The notes below the pieces were generated by a model. It saw only the letters and a list, made by a program, of their open reading frames with translations, was not told where the DNA came from and searched no databases. A stretch of DNA of 64,000 nucleotides from Burkholderiales bacterium (GTDB lineage: Bacteria; Pseudomonadota; Gammaproteobacteria; Burkholderiales; SG8-39), in the NCBI GenBank assembly GCA_014860395.1, contig JACZJU010000119.1, positions 5,851 to 69,850 of the forward strand. Reading direction: 5' to 3'. Each line of letters opens with the position of its first letter. The first letter of the stretch is position 1. Shown here in pieces: positions 21,908 through 34,555 of this stretch. Made by a program: the position numbers and the translations under genes.

Positions 21908-22141
21908 ATGAACAATACCAACATGAACGGCCTCGACGCGGGCAGCCTCAACATGGGCAGTCTCAGCATGAGCAGCATCCTTATATCGACGATCGTGTAT
22001 TTCGTTGCGGCCTATTTCATCAAGCGCCATCTGGTTGAAATGGGCATACCCAAGGGCATGACCCGCGGCATGGTGATATTCGTTGGCGCGGCGGTGGTCG
22101 CCTATGGCGCCGCCTACCTGGTGGGGCTGGTAGTCTCATGA
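21908..22141 (+). CDS. small membrane protein (hypothetical)
   Basis: 77 aa with two hydrophobic helices. ORF-only support. Confidence 0.4.
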   Translation: MNNTNMNGLDAGSLNMGSLSMSSILISTIVYFVAAYFIKRHLVEMGIPKGMTRGMVIFVGAAVVAYGAAYLVGLVVS

Positions 22142-22156
22142 CGCGCCAAGCCCGGG

Positions 22157-23560
22157 CTAGGGGGATCGATAGGGCTTGCCCTCGCGGTACAGGCTTAGCC
22201 GCGCGCGGGCGTCTTCGCCGTGTGCTTTTTCGAACTCTGCCGACTCCAAAGCTGCCTTCTGCCATTTGACGGCATCTTCGAATCTGCCCGCTTCGGCCAG
22301 CGCGGCGGCGTAGGTGTCGAACAGGTCCGGGGCGTTCCAGCCGCTGAGATTGCAGGCGGTGCGCGCCAGTTCCACCGCGCGCCTGCCGTCGCGCCATTGC
22401 GCCTCTTTTGTCGTCGCCAGCAGCCAGGCCAGTTCGTTGAGCGCGACCGTGTCGCGTTCGTCCAGGCGGATGGCCGCGTCGAAGTCGGCAATGGCGGGCG
22501 CGTATTGGCCGAGCTTTTGCTGGCTCATGCCGCGGCGGCGTAAGGCCAGGGCGAAATCCGGCTTGCGTGCTATCGCCTGGTCCAGGTCCGCGACCGCTTG
22601 TCGGTGATCGCCTCTTCCCGCCAGGACCAGAGCGCGGCTGTAATAGGCGTAGGCGTTTGCAGGCTTGAGGCGTATCGCCTCGGTGTAATCTTGCAGGGCG
22701 CGCTCGGGCTCGCCGATGCGGGCGTAAGCGTCGCCGCGGCCCTGGTAGGCGAGCGCATACTGGGGATCGAGACGGATTGCGGCGCCATAGTCCTCGATCG
22801 AGCGCGCGTGATCGCCGATCGCGGCGTACACCGCGGCGCGGCTTTGGTGCGCCTTCGCATAGCGCGGATCCAGGCGCAGCGCCTGATCCAGATCGGTCAG
22901 TGCGCGCTCGAACCGGCGCTGCCGGATCAGGGTCCGTGCGCGAGAGAAGTACGCCTGCGCCTCGCCCGGGTCGATGCGAATGGCGGCGTCATAGTCCTGT
23001 ATCGCGCGCTCGAGTTCGTTGGTCAGCTCGAAGCTGCCGCCGCGCCTGAGGTAGGCTTTTGCCGACTGCGGATCCAGTTCGATCGCCCGGCTGAAATCCG
23101 CCAGGGCACGCTCGTTCTGGCCCATGGCCTCGTAGGCCGCGCCGCGGTTGACGCGGGCCGACGACGAGTTTGCGTCGATGCGGATGGCCTCGTCCAGGTC
23201 GGCGAGGGCGCGCTCCAACTGGCCCAGGCCGGCCTGGGCGGCGCCGCGGCGCTCGTACGCCTGCGCGAGACACGGATCGAGGCCGATGGCGCGCGTGTAG
23301 TCGAGAACCGCACTGGTGTGCTGGCCCATGCGCTCGTGCAGCACGCCGCGGTCATAGTAATCGCGCGCGTTGTGCGGCGTTCGCAGCAGCAGCTGCTCGT
23401 AGTCCTGCACCGTCGGCTCGCGTTCCGGCGCGCGCCCGGCGACTACGGGCGCCGAAGGCGGTCCGGCGCAGCGCGATGCTGGTGCTTGCGCCTGGGCGGC
23501 GAGCGCGGCGCAGCCGGTGCCCAGCAGCAAAATACCTAGCCTGGAAATCATGCGCGGCAT
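22157..23560 (-). CDS. TPR-repeat protein with signal peptide or lipoprotein signal
   Basis: 467 aa. About 10 consecutive 34-residue repeats of the form A..Y..A(I/L)(R/E)LDP. The N-terminus LLLGTGCAALA is lipobox-like. Confidence 0.8.
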   Translation of the reverse strand: MPRMISRLGILLLGTGCAALAAQAQAPASRCAGPPSAPVVAGRAPEREPTVQDYEQLLLRTPHNARDYYDRGVLHERMGQHTSAVLDYTRAIGLDPCLAQAYERRGAAQAGLGQLERALADLDEAIRIDANSSSARVNRGAAYEAMGQNERALADFSRAIELDPQSAKAYLRRGGSFELTNELERAIQDYDAAIRIDPGEAQAYFSRARTLIRQRRFERALTDLDQALRLDPRYAKAHQSRAAVYAAIGDHARSIEDYGAAIRLDPQYALAYQGRGDAYARIGEPERALQDYTEAIRLKPANAYAYYSRALVLAGRGDHRQAVADLDQAIARKPDFALALRRRGMSQQKLGQYAPAIADFDAAIRLDERDTVALNELAWLLATTKEAQWRDGRRAVELARTACNLSGWNAPDLFDTYAAALAEAGRFEDAVKWQKAALESAEFEKAHGEDARARLSLYREGKPYRSP

Positions 23561-23632
23561 GCCGATGCCCGTTCCCTCCCGCCTTGCGGACGGTTACTAT
23601 ATCAGGACCAAACTCAAGTAACGGTGGAAGCG

Positions 23633-25600
23633 ATGTCCGAAAAGGCAATGTGGACGCCCAGCCAGGCGCTGATCGAGCAGGCGAATGTCACCGCGTTTGC
23701 GCGGCAGGCGATCCGTCGCTGGAAGCTGGGATTTAACACCTATCCTGAATTCTACGATTGGAGCGTGGACCACCCGGAGCAGTTCTGGGAGTCGGTGTGG
23801 GAGTTCGGCGGCGTGGTCGCGTCGAAAAAAGGCGCGCGCGTGCTTGTCGACGGCGAGTGCATGCCCGGCGCCAAATGGTTTCCGGACGCGCGGCTCAATT
23901 TCGCCGAGAACATGCTGCGCCGGCGCGATGCGACCGATGCCATGGTTTTCTGGGACGAGACGGGCCTGCGCCGCCGCATGAGCTATGCCGAGCTGTACGC
24001 CGAAGTCTCGCGCGTGGCGCAGGCGATGCGCGCCGAGGGGCTCGCGCCCGGCGACCGCGTCGCCGCCTTCATGCCGAATATGCCGGAGACGGCGGTACTC
24101 GCGCTGGCGGCGATCTCGATCGGCGCGGTGTGGTCGTCCTGCTCGCCCGATTTCGGCACCGACGGCGTGCTCGACCGCTTCGGCCAGACCGAGCCCAAGC
24201 TGCTGTTCACCGCGGACGGTTATCTCTATAACGGCAAGACGCACGACTCGCTCGCGCGGGTGCGCGAGATCGCGGCCAAGCTGCCGAGCGTGCGTCGCGT
24301 CGTGGTGGTGCCGCATCTGAGGGAAAAGCCCGACACCTCGGGCATTGGCATTGCGCGGCGCTACGCCGACTGGATCGCGCCTTATGCGCCGGGGGCGATC
24401 GCGTTCGAGCAGCTGACCTTCGACCATCCGCTCTACATCCTGTTCACTTCGGGTACCACCGGCAAGCCCAAGTGCATCGTCCACGGCGCCGGCGGCACCC
24501 TGCTCTCCGCGCTCAAGACCTACAAGCTGCAGTTCGACGTGCGTCCGCTGGACCGGTTCTTCTACTACACCACCTGCAACTGGGTGATGTGGAACCTGCT
24601 GTTCCAGGGCCTGCTGGCCGAGGCGAGCATCATGCTCTACGACGGTTCGCCCTTTGCGCGCGACGCGGCGATCCTGTTCGACTACTGCGACGCCGAGCGA
24701 TTCACCCAATTCGGCACTTCGGCCAAGTTCATCGACGCCATCGCCAAGCGCGGCCTGAAACCGGGCAAGACGCACAGCCTCGCCTCGGTGCGCACCATCA
24801 TTTCCACCGGCTCGCCGCTGGTGCCGGAGAGCTACGACTACGTCTACCGCGAGGTGAAGCGCGACGTCTGCCTGTCGTCGATATCAGGCGGCACCGACAT
24901 CATGGGCTGTTTCGCCGACGCCAATCCCATCCTGCCGGTGTACCGCGGTGAATTGCAGTGCCGCAGCCTTGGCATGAAGGTCGAGGTCTGGGACGAGGAT
25001 GGCCGCGCGCTCGTGGGCGAGAAGGGCGAGCTCGTCTGCACCAGGCCGTTCCCGTCCATGCCCGTAGGCTTCTGGAACGACCCCGGCGGCAAGCGCTATC
25101 ACTATGCCTATTTCGCGCGCTATCCGAACGTATGGTGCCATGGCGACTACTGCGAGCTCACCGAGCGCGGAACCATGATCGTCTACGGGCGCTCGGATGC
25201 GACCCTGAATCCCGGCGGCGTGCGTATAGGCACGGCCGAAATCTACGCCCAGGTCGAGAAAATCGACGCGGTGGAGGAGGCGGTCGCAATCGGCCAGCTG
25301 TGGCCGCCCGAGCGGCCGAGCGACACGCGCGTGGTGCTGTTCGTCAAGCTGCGCGAGGGGCTCGCGCTCGATGCCGAGCTGGAGGCGCGCATCCGCCGCC
25401 AGATCCGCGATAACACCACGCCGCGCCACGTGCCGGCGCGCATCGTGCAGGTGCCTGACATCCCGCGCACCAAGAACGGCAAGGTGGTGGAGCTCGCGGT
25501 GAAGGCGATGGTGCACGGCATGGTTGTGACGCACACCGACGCCCTCGCCAATCCGGAAGTGCTGGCGCTGTTCCGGAACATGCCCGAGCTGGCGGTATGA
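23633..25600 (+). CDS. aacS: acetoacetyl-CoA synthetase (acetoacetate-CoA ligase)
   Basis: The ORF is 23624..25600 (GTG). ATG 23633 is preferred. It is ~655 aa and belongs to the AMP-binding family, with the characteristic N-terminus WTPS...A.VT.F and the ILFTSGTTGKPK motif. Confidence 0.9.
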   Translation: MSEKAMWTPSQALIEQANVTAFARQAIRRWKLGFNTYPEFYDWSVDHPEQFWESVWEFGGVVASKKGARVLVDGECMPGAKWFPDARLNFAENMLRRRDATDAMVFWDETGLRRRMSYAELYAEVSRVAQAMRAEGLAPGDRVAAFMPNMPETAVLALAAISIGAVWSSCSPDFGTDGVLDRFGQTEPKLLFTADGYLYNGKTHDSLARVREIAAKLPSVRRVVVVPHLREKPDTSGIGIARRYADWIAPYAPGAIAFEQLTFDHPLYILFTSGTTGKPKCIVHGAGGTLLSALKTYKLQFDVRPLDRFFYYTTCNWVMWNLLFQGLLAEASIMLYDGSPFARDAAILFDYCDAERFTQFGTSAKFIDAIAKRGLKPGKTHSLASVRTIISTGSPLVPESYDYVYREVKRDVCLSSISGGTDIMGCFADANPILPVYRGELQCRSLGMKVEVWDEDGRALVGEKGELVCTRPFPSMPVGFWNDPGGKRYHYAYFARYPNVWCHGDYCELTERGTMIVYGRSDATLNPGGVRIGTAEIYAQVEKIDAVEEAVAIGQLWPPERPSDTRVVLFVKLREGLALDAELEARIRRQIRDNTTPRHVPARIVQVPDIPRTKNGKVVELAVKAMVHGMVVTHTDALANPEVLALFRNMPELAV

Positions 25601-25629
25601 GAACGCGCCACCCTAGCCGCTTCTAAGCG

Positions 25630-25954
25630 CCGCCTCCGAACCGTAGTAGTTGATTGTGCTTTCGGTGTTGTCGGCGTCAGGCGGCAATCGCGGCCGGTCG
25701 CATCCCCGCAGCGCGGGGCCCCTGCTCCCTGCTCATGCCGCCGCCTCCGAACCGCAGTCGTTTGATTGTCCTTGGGTGTTGTCGGCGTCAGGCGGCACTT
25801 GCGGTCGGTCGCATCCCCGCAGCGCGGGGCCCCTGCTCCCTGCTCATGCCACCGCCTCCGAACCGTAGTGCCTGATTGTGTTTTCGGTGTTGTCGGCGTC
25901 AGGCGGCAATCGCGGCCGGTCGCATCCCCATTGCATGGGGCCCCTGCTCCCTGC

Positions 25955-25962
<8 letters not shown>
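25630..25962. repeat. tandem repeat, 3 copies of a 111-bp unit
   Basis: Copies start at 25630, 25741 and 25852, each beginning ccgcctccgaacc. Each holds a GC hairpin (ccccgc-agc-gcgggg, or ccccat-tgc-atgggg in copy 3). The last copy contains the uvrA stop codon. Confidence 0.9.
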
Positions 25963-28786
<2,824 letters not shown>

Positions 28787-28868
28787 TGCATAGTGGCCCT
28801 TGGTGTCGGGCGCAGATTCAAACCTGCTAATATACGAGATTCCGCTACCACTACGCCAATTTCATTTT

Positions 28869-30125
28869 ATGTCGCCTGTTTCCCCCGATCGCATGTCCCC
28901 CCTGGAAATCCGTGCAAGCCTTTCTCTTGCCTCGATATTTGCCCTGCGGATGCTGGGGTTGTTCCTGATCCTGCCGGTATTCGCGGTGTACGCCGCGCAC
29001 CTCGACGGCGGTGATAACCACACCCTGGTAGGCATTGCGCTTGGCGCCTATGGCTTGACTCAGGGCATGCTGCAGATTCCCTATGGCATGGCCTCCGACA
29101 GATATGGCAGGAAGCGCGTGATCATCATCGGTCTGGTGCTGTTTGCGCTCGGCAGCTTCCTTGCCGCGGTGGGCGGCAGTATCCACCTCATCATCGCCGG
29201 CCGGGCGATGCAGGGTGCGGGAGCGATCTCGGCGCCGGTGATGGCGTTTCTCGCCGACATGACGCGCGAGCAGCACCGCACCAAGGCGATGGCGCTGGTG
29301 GGCTCGAGCATAGGCTTGATGTTCGCCCTGTCTCTGGTCGGCTCGCCCCTGCTTTACCGCTACATCGGCATGGGCGGCATCTTCGTCCTGACCGGTGTGC
29401 TGGCGCTGATCGCGATCTGGGTGGTGGTCAGCGTGGTGCCGCGGGAACTCGCGGCGAAAATCGACGGCGAGGAACACATCGAGCCGGCCCGCTTCGGCGA
29501 CGTTCTCAGGAACCCGCATCTGCTGCGCCTCAACTTCGGCATTTTCTCGCTGCACGCGGTGCAGATGGCGATTTTCGTGGTGGTACCGCTGGCGCTGATC
29601 AGCGCAGGCGGCATTCCGGTCAGCGAGCATTGGAAGATCTATCTGCCGGTTGTGCTGGGGTCTTTCGTCCTGATGGTGCCGGCGATCTTCTACGCCGAGA
29701 AGAAGGATGCGATCAAGCCGATATTCCTCGCCAGCATCGGGCTGATGGCGGCGGTGCAGCTGGGATTTGCGTTTTCCTTGCACAATTTCACTGCGCTTGT
29801 CATCCTCCTGCTGGGCTTCTTCGTTGCGTTCAATATACTGGAGGCGAGCCTGCCGTCGCTGGTATCGCGCACCGCGCCGGTGAGCGCGAAAGGGGCGGCC
29901 CTGGGGGTGTACAACACCACCCAGTCGCTGGGTCTGTTCGTCGGCGGCGCGGCGGGCGGCTGGTTGATGCAGCATCACGGGCGCGCGCCGGTGTTCATGT
30001 TCGGCGCGGCGCTGATCGCGTTATGGGGGATAGCCGCCGCCGGCATGCGTGTGCCGCAGCGCGCGCGCCGGGACGGCGCAGGCACAGTCGGTGGCGCTGC
30101 GCTGAGAGACGGGGCGGCCAGGTAG
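28869..30125 (+). CDS. MFS transporter
   Basis: The ORF is 28800..30125. ATG 28869 (MSPVSPDRMSPLEIRASL..) is preferred. It has 12 predicted helices and the DRYGRKR motif. Its position between uvrA and ssb is common in beta-proteobacteria. Confidence 0.8.
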   Translation: MSPVSPDRMSPLEIRASLSLASIFALRMLGLFLILPVFAVYAAHLDGGDNHTLVGIALGAYGLTQGMLQIPYGMASDRYGRKRVIIIGLVLFALGSFLAAVGGSIHLIIAGRAMQGAGAISAPVMAFLADMTREQHRTKAMALVGSSIGLMFALSLVGSPLLYRYIGMGGIFVLTGVLALIAIWVVVSVVPRELAAKIDGEEHIEPARFGDVLRNPHLLRLNFGIFSLHAVQMAIFVVVPLALISAGGIPVSEHWKIYLPVVLGSFVLMVPAIFYAEKKDAIKPIFLASIGLMAAVQLGFAFSLHNFTALVILLLGFFVAFNILEASLPSLVSRTAPVSAKGAALGVYNTTQSLGLFVGGAAGGWLMQHHGRAPVFMFGAALIALWGIAAAGMRVPQRARRDGAGTVGGAALRDGAAR

Positions 30126-30157
30126 CGTCGGATAGAAAATAAACAAGGAGACTTGAA

Positions 30158-30613
30158 ATGGCATCGGTCAACAAAGTGATAATCGTAGGCAACCTGGGCA
30201 AAGACCCCGAGACCCGCTTCCTGCCGGACGGCAAAGCGGTGTGCAACTTCTCGGTGGCAACCACCGATACCTGGAAGGACAAGGCCAGCGGAGAGAAGAA
30301 GGAGGCGACCGAATGGCACCGGGTTTCCAGCTTCGGCCGGCTCGCCGAAATCTGCGGCGAATACCTGAAAAAGGGCAGCCAGGTCTACATCGAGGGCAAG
30401 CTGCGCACGCGCAAATGGCAGGACAAGGAAGGCCAGGACCGCTATACCACCGAGATCATGGCCGACGCCATGCAGATGCTAGGCTCCAGGAGCGGCATGG
30501 GCGGGGGTGACTCGCGCGCCGAGACGCGCGAGTCCTCTGCGGCTAGCGAATCCAGGCCGGCGAAAAAGCCCGCCGGTCAGTTCCAGGACATGGACGACGA
30601 CATACCCTTTTAG
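30158..30613 (+). CDS. ssb: single-stranded DNA-binding protein
   Basis: 151 aa. It starts [18 protein letters not shown], has an OB fold and a Gly-rich tail, and ends with the acidic tip DDDIPF. Confidence 0.95.
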   Translation: MASVNKVIIVGNLGKDPETRFLPDGKAVCNFSVATTDTWKDKASGEKKEATEWHRVSSFGRLAEICGEYLKKGSQVYIEGKLRTRKWQDKEGQDRYTTEIMADAMQMLGSRSGMGGGDSRAETRESSAASESRPAKKPAGQFQDMDDDIPF

Positions 30614-30766
30614 CGCCAGCTGTTGTCTTTGAACCCGCCTCCGCAACCGAGGCCCAGGGGTGCGCTTATAGACTGTTGAAATATCAGGGTTTGCCCACAT
30701 ATTATGAATGGGGAAATCCTGCATTTCCGCTATAATTGCTCCCTTTTTCGTTTGCCGGAGGGCATT

Positions 30767-31132
30767 GTGCCTATCTACGAATATCGTTGCTCGTCTTGTG
30801 GATTCCAGAAAGAGTATCTGCAGAAAGTGAGCGATCCCCTGTTGCGCGTCTGTCCTGAATGCAGCAAAGAGACTTTCGGCAAGATGCTTACCGCTGCCGG
30901 TTTTCAGTTGAAAGGCGGTGGCTGGTATGCGACCGACTTCAAGAACAGCGGCGCCAAACCGGCGTCCGCCAACGCGGGCAAGAGCGGCGCGGCGAGCAAG
31001 TCCGAGAGCAGCGCCGCGACTGCGGGTGAGGCCAAAGGCGAGAGCAAGGGCGAGAGCAAGACGGAAGCCAAGCCTGCCGCAGCCGCAGCCGCGGCGCCCG
31101 CTGCCACAGCGAGTACCACCAAAGCTGAATGA
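30767..31132 (+). CDS. FmdB-family zinc-ribbon protein
   Basis: GTG 30767 gives (M)PIYEYRCSSCGF..CPECS, the family signature. It has a low-complexity Ala/Lys/Ser tail. The upstream part of the 30704 ORF is probably non-coding. Confidence 0.7.
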   Translation: MPIYEYRCSSCGFQKEYLQKVSDPLLRVCPECSKETFGKMLTAAGFQLKGGGWYATDFKNSGAKPASANAGKSGAASKSESSAATAGEAKGESKGESKTEAKPAAAAAAAPAATASTTKAE

Positions 31133-31752
31133 AGAAATACCTTATCACCGGGCTGCTGATCTGGATTCCCCTGGTCATCACCATCTGGGTGCTCAAACTC
31201 GTGGTCGACACGCTCGACCAGACCCTGCTGCTGCTGCCGCACGCGCTGCGCACCGAGAGCTGGCTCGGCTTCCACATGCCGGGCATGGGGGTGCTGCTGA
31301 CGCTAATGATCGTGCTGCTCACCGGGGTGATCACGGCGAATTTCATCGGCCAGCGCCTGGTGCACTGGTGGCACGAAGTCCTGCACCGCATTCCGGTGGT
31401 GAGTTCGATCTACTCCAGCGTGAAGCAGGTGAGCGATACCCTGTTTTCCTCCAGCGGCGAGGCGTTCCGCAAGGCGCTGCTGGTGCAATGGCCGCGCGAA
31501 GGCATGTGGACCATAGGCTTTCTCACCGGCGTGCCCGGCGGCGATGTCACCCGGCACCTGCAAGGTGACTACGTCAGCGTTTATGTGCCGACTACGCCCA
31601 ACCCGACCGGCGGTTACTTTGTGATGATGCTGCGCAAGGACGTGATCGAACTCGACATGAGCGTGGATACGGCGCTCAAGTACGTCATCTCCATGGGGGT
31701 GGTCTCGCCGAATGGAAACGGCAAGCGAAAAAAGGCAACGCTACCCCGGTAA
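31129..31752 (+). CDS. DUF502-family membrane protein
   Basis: 207 aa with two N-terminal TM helices and the conserved IP.V..IY...KQ motif. The start overlaps the fmdB-like stop (ATGA). Confidence 0.75.
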   Translation: MKKYLITGLLIWIPLVITIWVLKLVVDTLDQTLLLLPHALRTESWLGFHMPGMGVLLTLMIVLLTGVITANFIGQRLVHWWHEVLHRIPVVSSIYSSVKQVSDTLFSSSGEAFRKALLVQWPREGMWTIGFLTGVPGGDVTRHLQGDYVSVYVPTTPNPTGGYFVMMLRKDVIELDMSVDTALKYVISMGVVSPNGNGKRKKATLPR

Positions 31753-31761
31753 TGTGCAATA

Positions 31762-31800
31762 GGTAATGGGTGATGCCGAGTCACCCATTACCCATTTCTC
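31762..31800 (+). terminator. hairpin with T-rich tail after the DUF502 gene
   Basis: ggtaatgggtga-tgccgag-tcacccattacc forms a 12-bp perfect stem and is followed by catttctc. It lies 10 nt after the stop and 20 nt before the aspS ATG. Confidence 0.4.
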
Positions 31801-31820
31801 ATCACATGTCACCGATTACT

Positions 31821-33596
31821 ATGCGCACACACTATTGCGGGCTGGTCAGCACCGCCCAGCTCGATGAGACCGTCACCCTCTGCGGCTGGGTCAACACCCG
31901 CCGCGATCACGGCGGCGTGATTTTCATCGATTTACGCGACCGCGAGGGCATGGTGCAGATCGTGTGCAATCCGACGCGACCGGAAGTATTCGCGGTGGCG
32001 GAAAAGATCCGCAACGAATTCGTCATCCGGGTGTCGGGCAAGGTGATCCGGCGCGAGCCGGCGCTGGTGAATCCGAAACTCAAGAGCGGCGAGATCGAGG
32101 TGCTGTGCCATGAGCTGGAGATCCTCAATCCCGCGGTCACTCCGCCGTTCCAGCTCGATGAAGACAACTTGTCGGAGACCACGCGCCTGACGCATCGCGT
32201 GATCGATCTGCGCCGACCGCAGATGCAGGCGAACCTGCGCCTGCGCTACAAGGTGGCGATGGCGGTGCGCCGCTATCTGGACGAGGCAGGGTTCATCGAC
32301 ATCGAGACGCCGATGCTCGCCAAGTCCACCCCCGAGGGCGCGCGCGACTACCTGGTGCCCTCGCGCGTGCACGCCGGCATGTTCTTCGCGCTGCCGCAGT
32401 CGCCGCAGCTGTTCAAGCAAATGCTGATGATTGCCGGTTTCGACCGCTATTACCAGATCACCAAGTGCTTCCGCGACGAGGACCTGCGCGCCGACCGCCA
32501 GCCCGAATTCACCCAGGTCGATATAGAGACTTCGTTCCTGGCGGAGGCAGAGATCCGCGCCATCATGGAAGCGCTGATGCGCAGCGTGTTCAAGCACGCC
32601 CTGGGCGTGGACCTGCCCGATCCGTTTCCGGTCATGGCTTACGCCGAGGCGATGGCACGCTACGGCTCGGACAAGCCGGACCTGCGCGTGGCGCTGGAAT
32701 TCACCGAACTCACCGATATCATGAAAGAGGTCGAGTTCAAGGTGTTCTCCGCTCCGGCGAAGACTCCCGGCGGACGCGTCGCCGGTTTGCGCATTCCCGG
32801 CGGCGGCGCGCTCACCCGCGGCGAAATCGACGCCTATACCCAGTTCGTCGGCATCTATGGTGCCCGGGGTCTCGCCTATATCAAGGTCAACGAGGTCGCA
32901 AAGGGCCGCGAGGGCCTGCAGTCGCCGATCGTGAAGAATCTTTCCGATGCGGCGCTCACCGCCATCGTCGAGCGCTCCGGCGCCAAGGACGGCGATCTCA
33001 TATTCTTCGCCGCCGACAAGGCGAAAGTCGTCAACGATGCCCTGGGGGCGCTGCGGGTGAAGATCGGCCACGAAAAAGGCTATGCCGTCGCCGGCTGGAA
33101 GCCGCTGTGGGTGGTGGATTTTCCGATGTTCGAGTACGACGAAGAGGCCAAGCGCTGGGTCGCCATGCACCATCCGTTCACCGCGCCCAAGGACGGGCAC
33201 GAGGACTACCTCGCGACAGATCCTTCCAAGGCGATCGCCAAAGCCTATGACATGGTGCTGAACGGATCGGAGATCGGCGGCGGTTCGGTGCGTATCCATC
33301 GCGAGGAAGTGCAGTCCAAGGTGTTCCGCGCCCTCGCCATCGACGCGGAGGAGGCGAAGCTGAAATTCGGCTACCTGCTCGATGCGCTGCAGTACGGCGC
33401 TCCGCCCCACGGCGGCATCGCCTTCGGCCTGGACCGCATTGTCGCCATGATGGCGGGCACCGAATCGATACGCGACGTCATCGCCTTCCCCAAGACGCAG
33501 CGCGCCCAGGATTTGCTGACCCAGGCGCCCAGCCCCGTCGACGAAAAGCAGCTGCGCGAGCTGCACATCCGCCTGCGGCAGCAGGAAAAGGCCTAG
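31821..33596 (+). CDS. aspS: aspartate--tRNA ligase
   Basis: The ORF is 31770..33596. ATG 31821 (MRTHYCG..) matches the canonical AspRS N-terminus. Class II motifs are present ([28 protein letters not shown]). Confidence 0.95.
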   Translation: MRTHYCGLVSTAQLDETVTLCGWVNTRRDHGGVIFIDLRDREGMVQIVCNPTRPEVFAVAEKIRNEFVIRVSGKVIRREPALVNPKLKSGEIEVLCHELEILNPAVTPPFQLDEDNLSETTRLTHRVIDLRRPQMQANLRLRYKVAMAVRRYLDEAGFIDIETPMLAKSTPEGARDYLVPSRVHAGMFFALPQSPQLFKQMLMIAGFDRYYQITKCFRDEDLRADRQPEFTQVDIETSFLAEAEIRAIMEALMRSVFKHALGVDLPDPFPVMAYAEAMARYGSDKPDLRVALEFTELTDIMKEVEFKVFSAPAKTPGGRVAGLRIPGGGALTRGEIDAYTQFVGIYGARGLAYIKVNEVAKGREGLQSPIVKNLSDAALTAIVERSGAKDGDLIFFAADKAKVVNDALGALRVKIGHEKGYAVAGWKPLWVVDFPMFEYDEEAKRWVAMHHPFTAPKDGHEDYLATDPSKAIAKAYDMVLNGSEIGGGSVRIHREEVQSKVFRALAIDAEEAKLKFGYLLDALQYGAPPHGGIAFGLDRIVAMMAGTESIRDVIAFPKTQRAQDLLTQAPSPVDEKQLRELHIRLRQQEKA

Positions 33597-33608
33597 CACG
33601 GGCGCAGG

Positions 33609-33998
33609 GTGGCGCAGGCGAAACAATTCGTTTCGGCTTTCCTCGCGCTATGCCTTGTTGCGGCCGGCGCATCGGCCTGGGCCGACCGCGCTGCGGCTAT
33701 TGGCGAAATTCCGATCGCAGCCCTGCCTGGGGAAGCGCGCGCGGTGCTGGCGTTGATCAAAGCAGGCGGGCCGTTTGCCTACGCCAAGGACGGCAGTGTG
33801 TTCGGCAACCGCGAACGGCTGTTGCCGCCGCGCAGCCGCGGCTACTATCGCGAATACACGGTTCCGACGCCGGGGGCGCGCGACCGCGGCGCACGTCGCA
33901 TCGTCGCCGGCAGCGGCGCCTCGGGCGACGTGCGCACTTCGGGCGAGTACTATTACAGCAACGACCATTACAATTCATTCAGGCGCATTCGTGAGTAA
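33609..33998 (+). CDS. secreted guanyl-specific ribonuclease (barnase/RNase Sa, N1/T1 family)
   Basis: 129 aa with a GTG start and a signal peptide (LVAAGASAWA). It has GGPFAYAKDGSVFGNRERLLP..YYREYTVPTPG..RGARRIV..YYSNDHYNSF, typical of microbial RNases. Confidence 0.8.
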   Translation: MAQAKQFVSAFLALCLVAAGASAWADRAAAIGEIPIAALPGEARAVLALIKAGGPFAYAKDGSVFGNRERLLPPRSRGYYREYTVPTPGARDRGARRIVAGSGASGDVRTSGEYYYSNDHYNSFRRIRE

Positions 33999-34434
33999 AT
34001 CCCTGGAACAACTGCTCAAGGACAAGGCCAAGGCCGGCGTCTATCTGACCGGGCCGGATACGAGGCTTATCGCCGAAGCCGCGCAGTCCGCGGGACTCGC
34101 GCTGTGGCGTGTCGACATCGGCCGCGTGCACGACAAGCAGGGCTTCACCGCCCTGGTGGCCAAGGCGCTCGCTTTCCCCGAATGGTTCGGCGGCAACTGG
34201 GACGCTTTCGAAGACTGCCTCGGCGACCTTTCCTGGCATCCGGCGCCGGGCTACGTGTTGCTCCTGGAGCATGGCAAGCATTTCGGTGCAGGCCACAAGC
34301 AGGAGTTCGTCACCGCGGTGGAGGTGCTCGACGGCGTCGCGGAATATTGGCAGGGGCAGGGCAAGCCGTTCTGGGCGATCGTCAGCGGCCCTGAGGGTTG
34401 GGATGCGGGATTGCCGGCATTGCCGGTAGCCTGA
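33991..34434 (+). CDS. barstar-family ribonuclease inhibitor
   Basis: GTG 33991 lies inside the 33775 ORF and overlaps the RNase stop by 8 nt. It has FPEWFGGNWDAFEDCLGDLSW, the barstar signature region. Confidence 0.75.
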   Translation: MSKSLEQLLKDKAKAGVYLTGPDTRLIAEAAQSAGLALWRVDIGRVHDKQGFTALVAKALAFPEWFGGNWDAFEDCLGDLSWHPAPGYVLLLEHGKHFGAGHKQEFVTAVEVLDGVAEYWQGQGKPFWAIVSGPEGWDAGLPALPVA

Positions 34435-34444
34435 TCTTGTTCTT

Positions 34445-34547
34445 GTCATTCCGAGGACGCAGTCCGAGGAATCTGCTTTTGGAGTGTAAAAAGCAGATTC
34501 CTCCCCCAAGGGGACTTCCTCCGGGGCGTCGCTTTGCTCGGAATGAC
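34445..34547. repeat. 103-bp nested-hairpin element (MITE/REP-like)
   Basis: The terminal inverted repeat is gtcattccgag / ctcggaatgac. An internal perfect stem is gaggaatctgcttt..aaagcagattcctc. The element fills the barstar-nudB spacer and ends 8 nt before the nudB ATG. Confidence 0.6.
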
Positions 34548-34555
34548 ATTTATCC

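Noticed and set aside
28787-28868. LexA/SOS box in the uvrA / MFS-ssb divergent region (also 30126-30157 before ssb)
   Set aside because: No CTGT-N8-ACAG-type palindrome is present. The closest match, cctgctaatatacgag, lacks the second half-site.
33775-33990. Upstream part of the 219-aa ORF that contains barstar
   Set aside because: It overlaps the RNase gene out of frame. The barstar-family similarity starts at GTG 33991.
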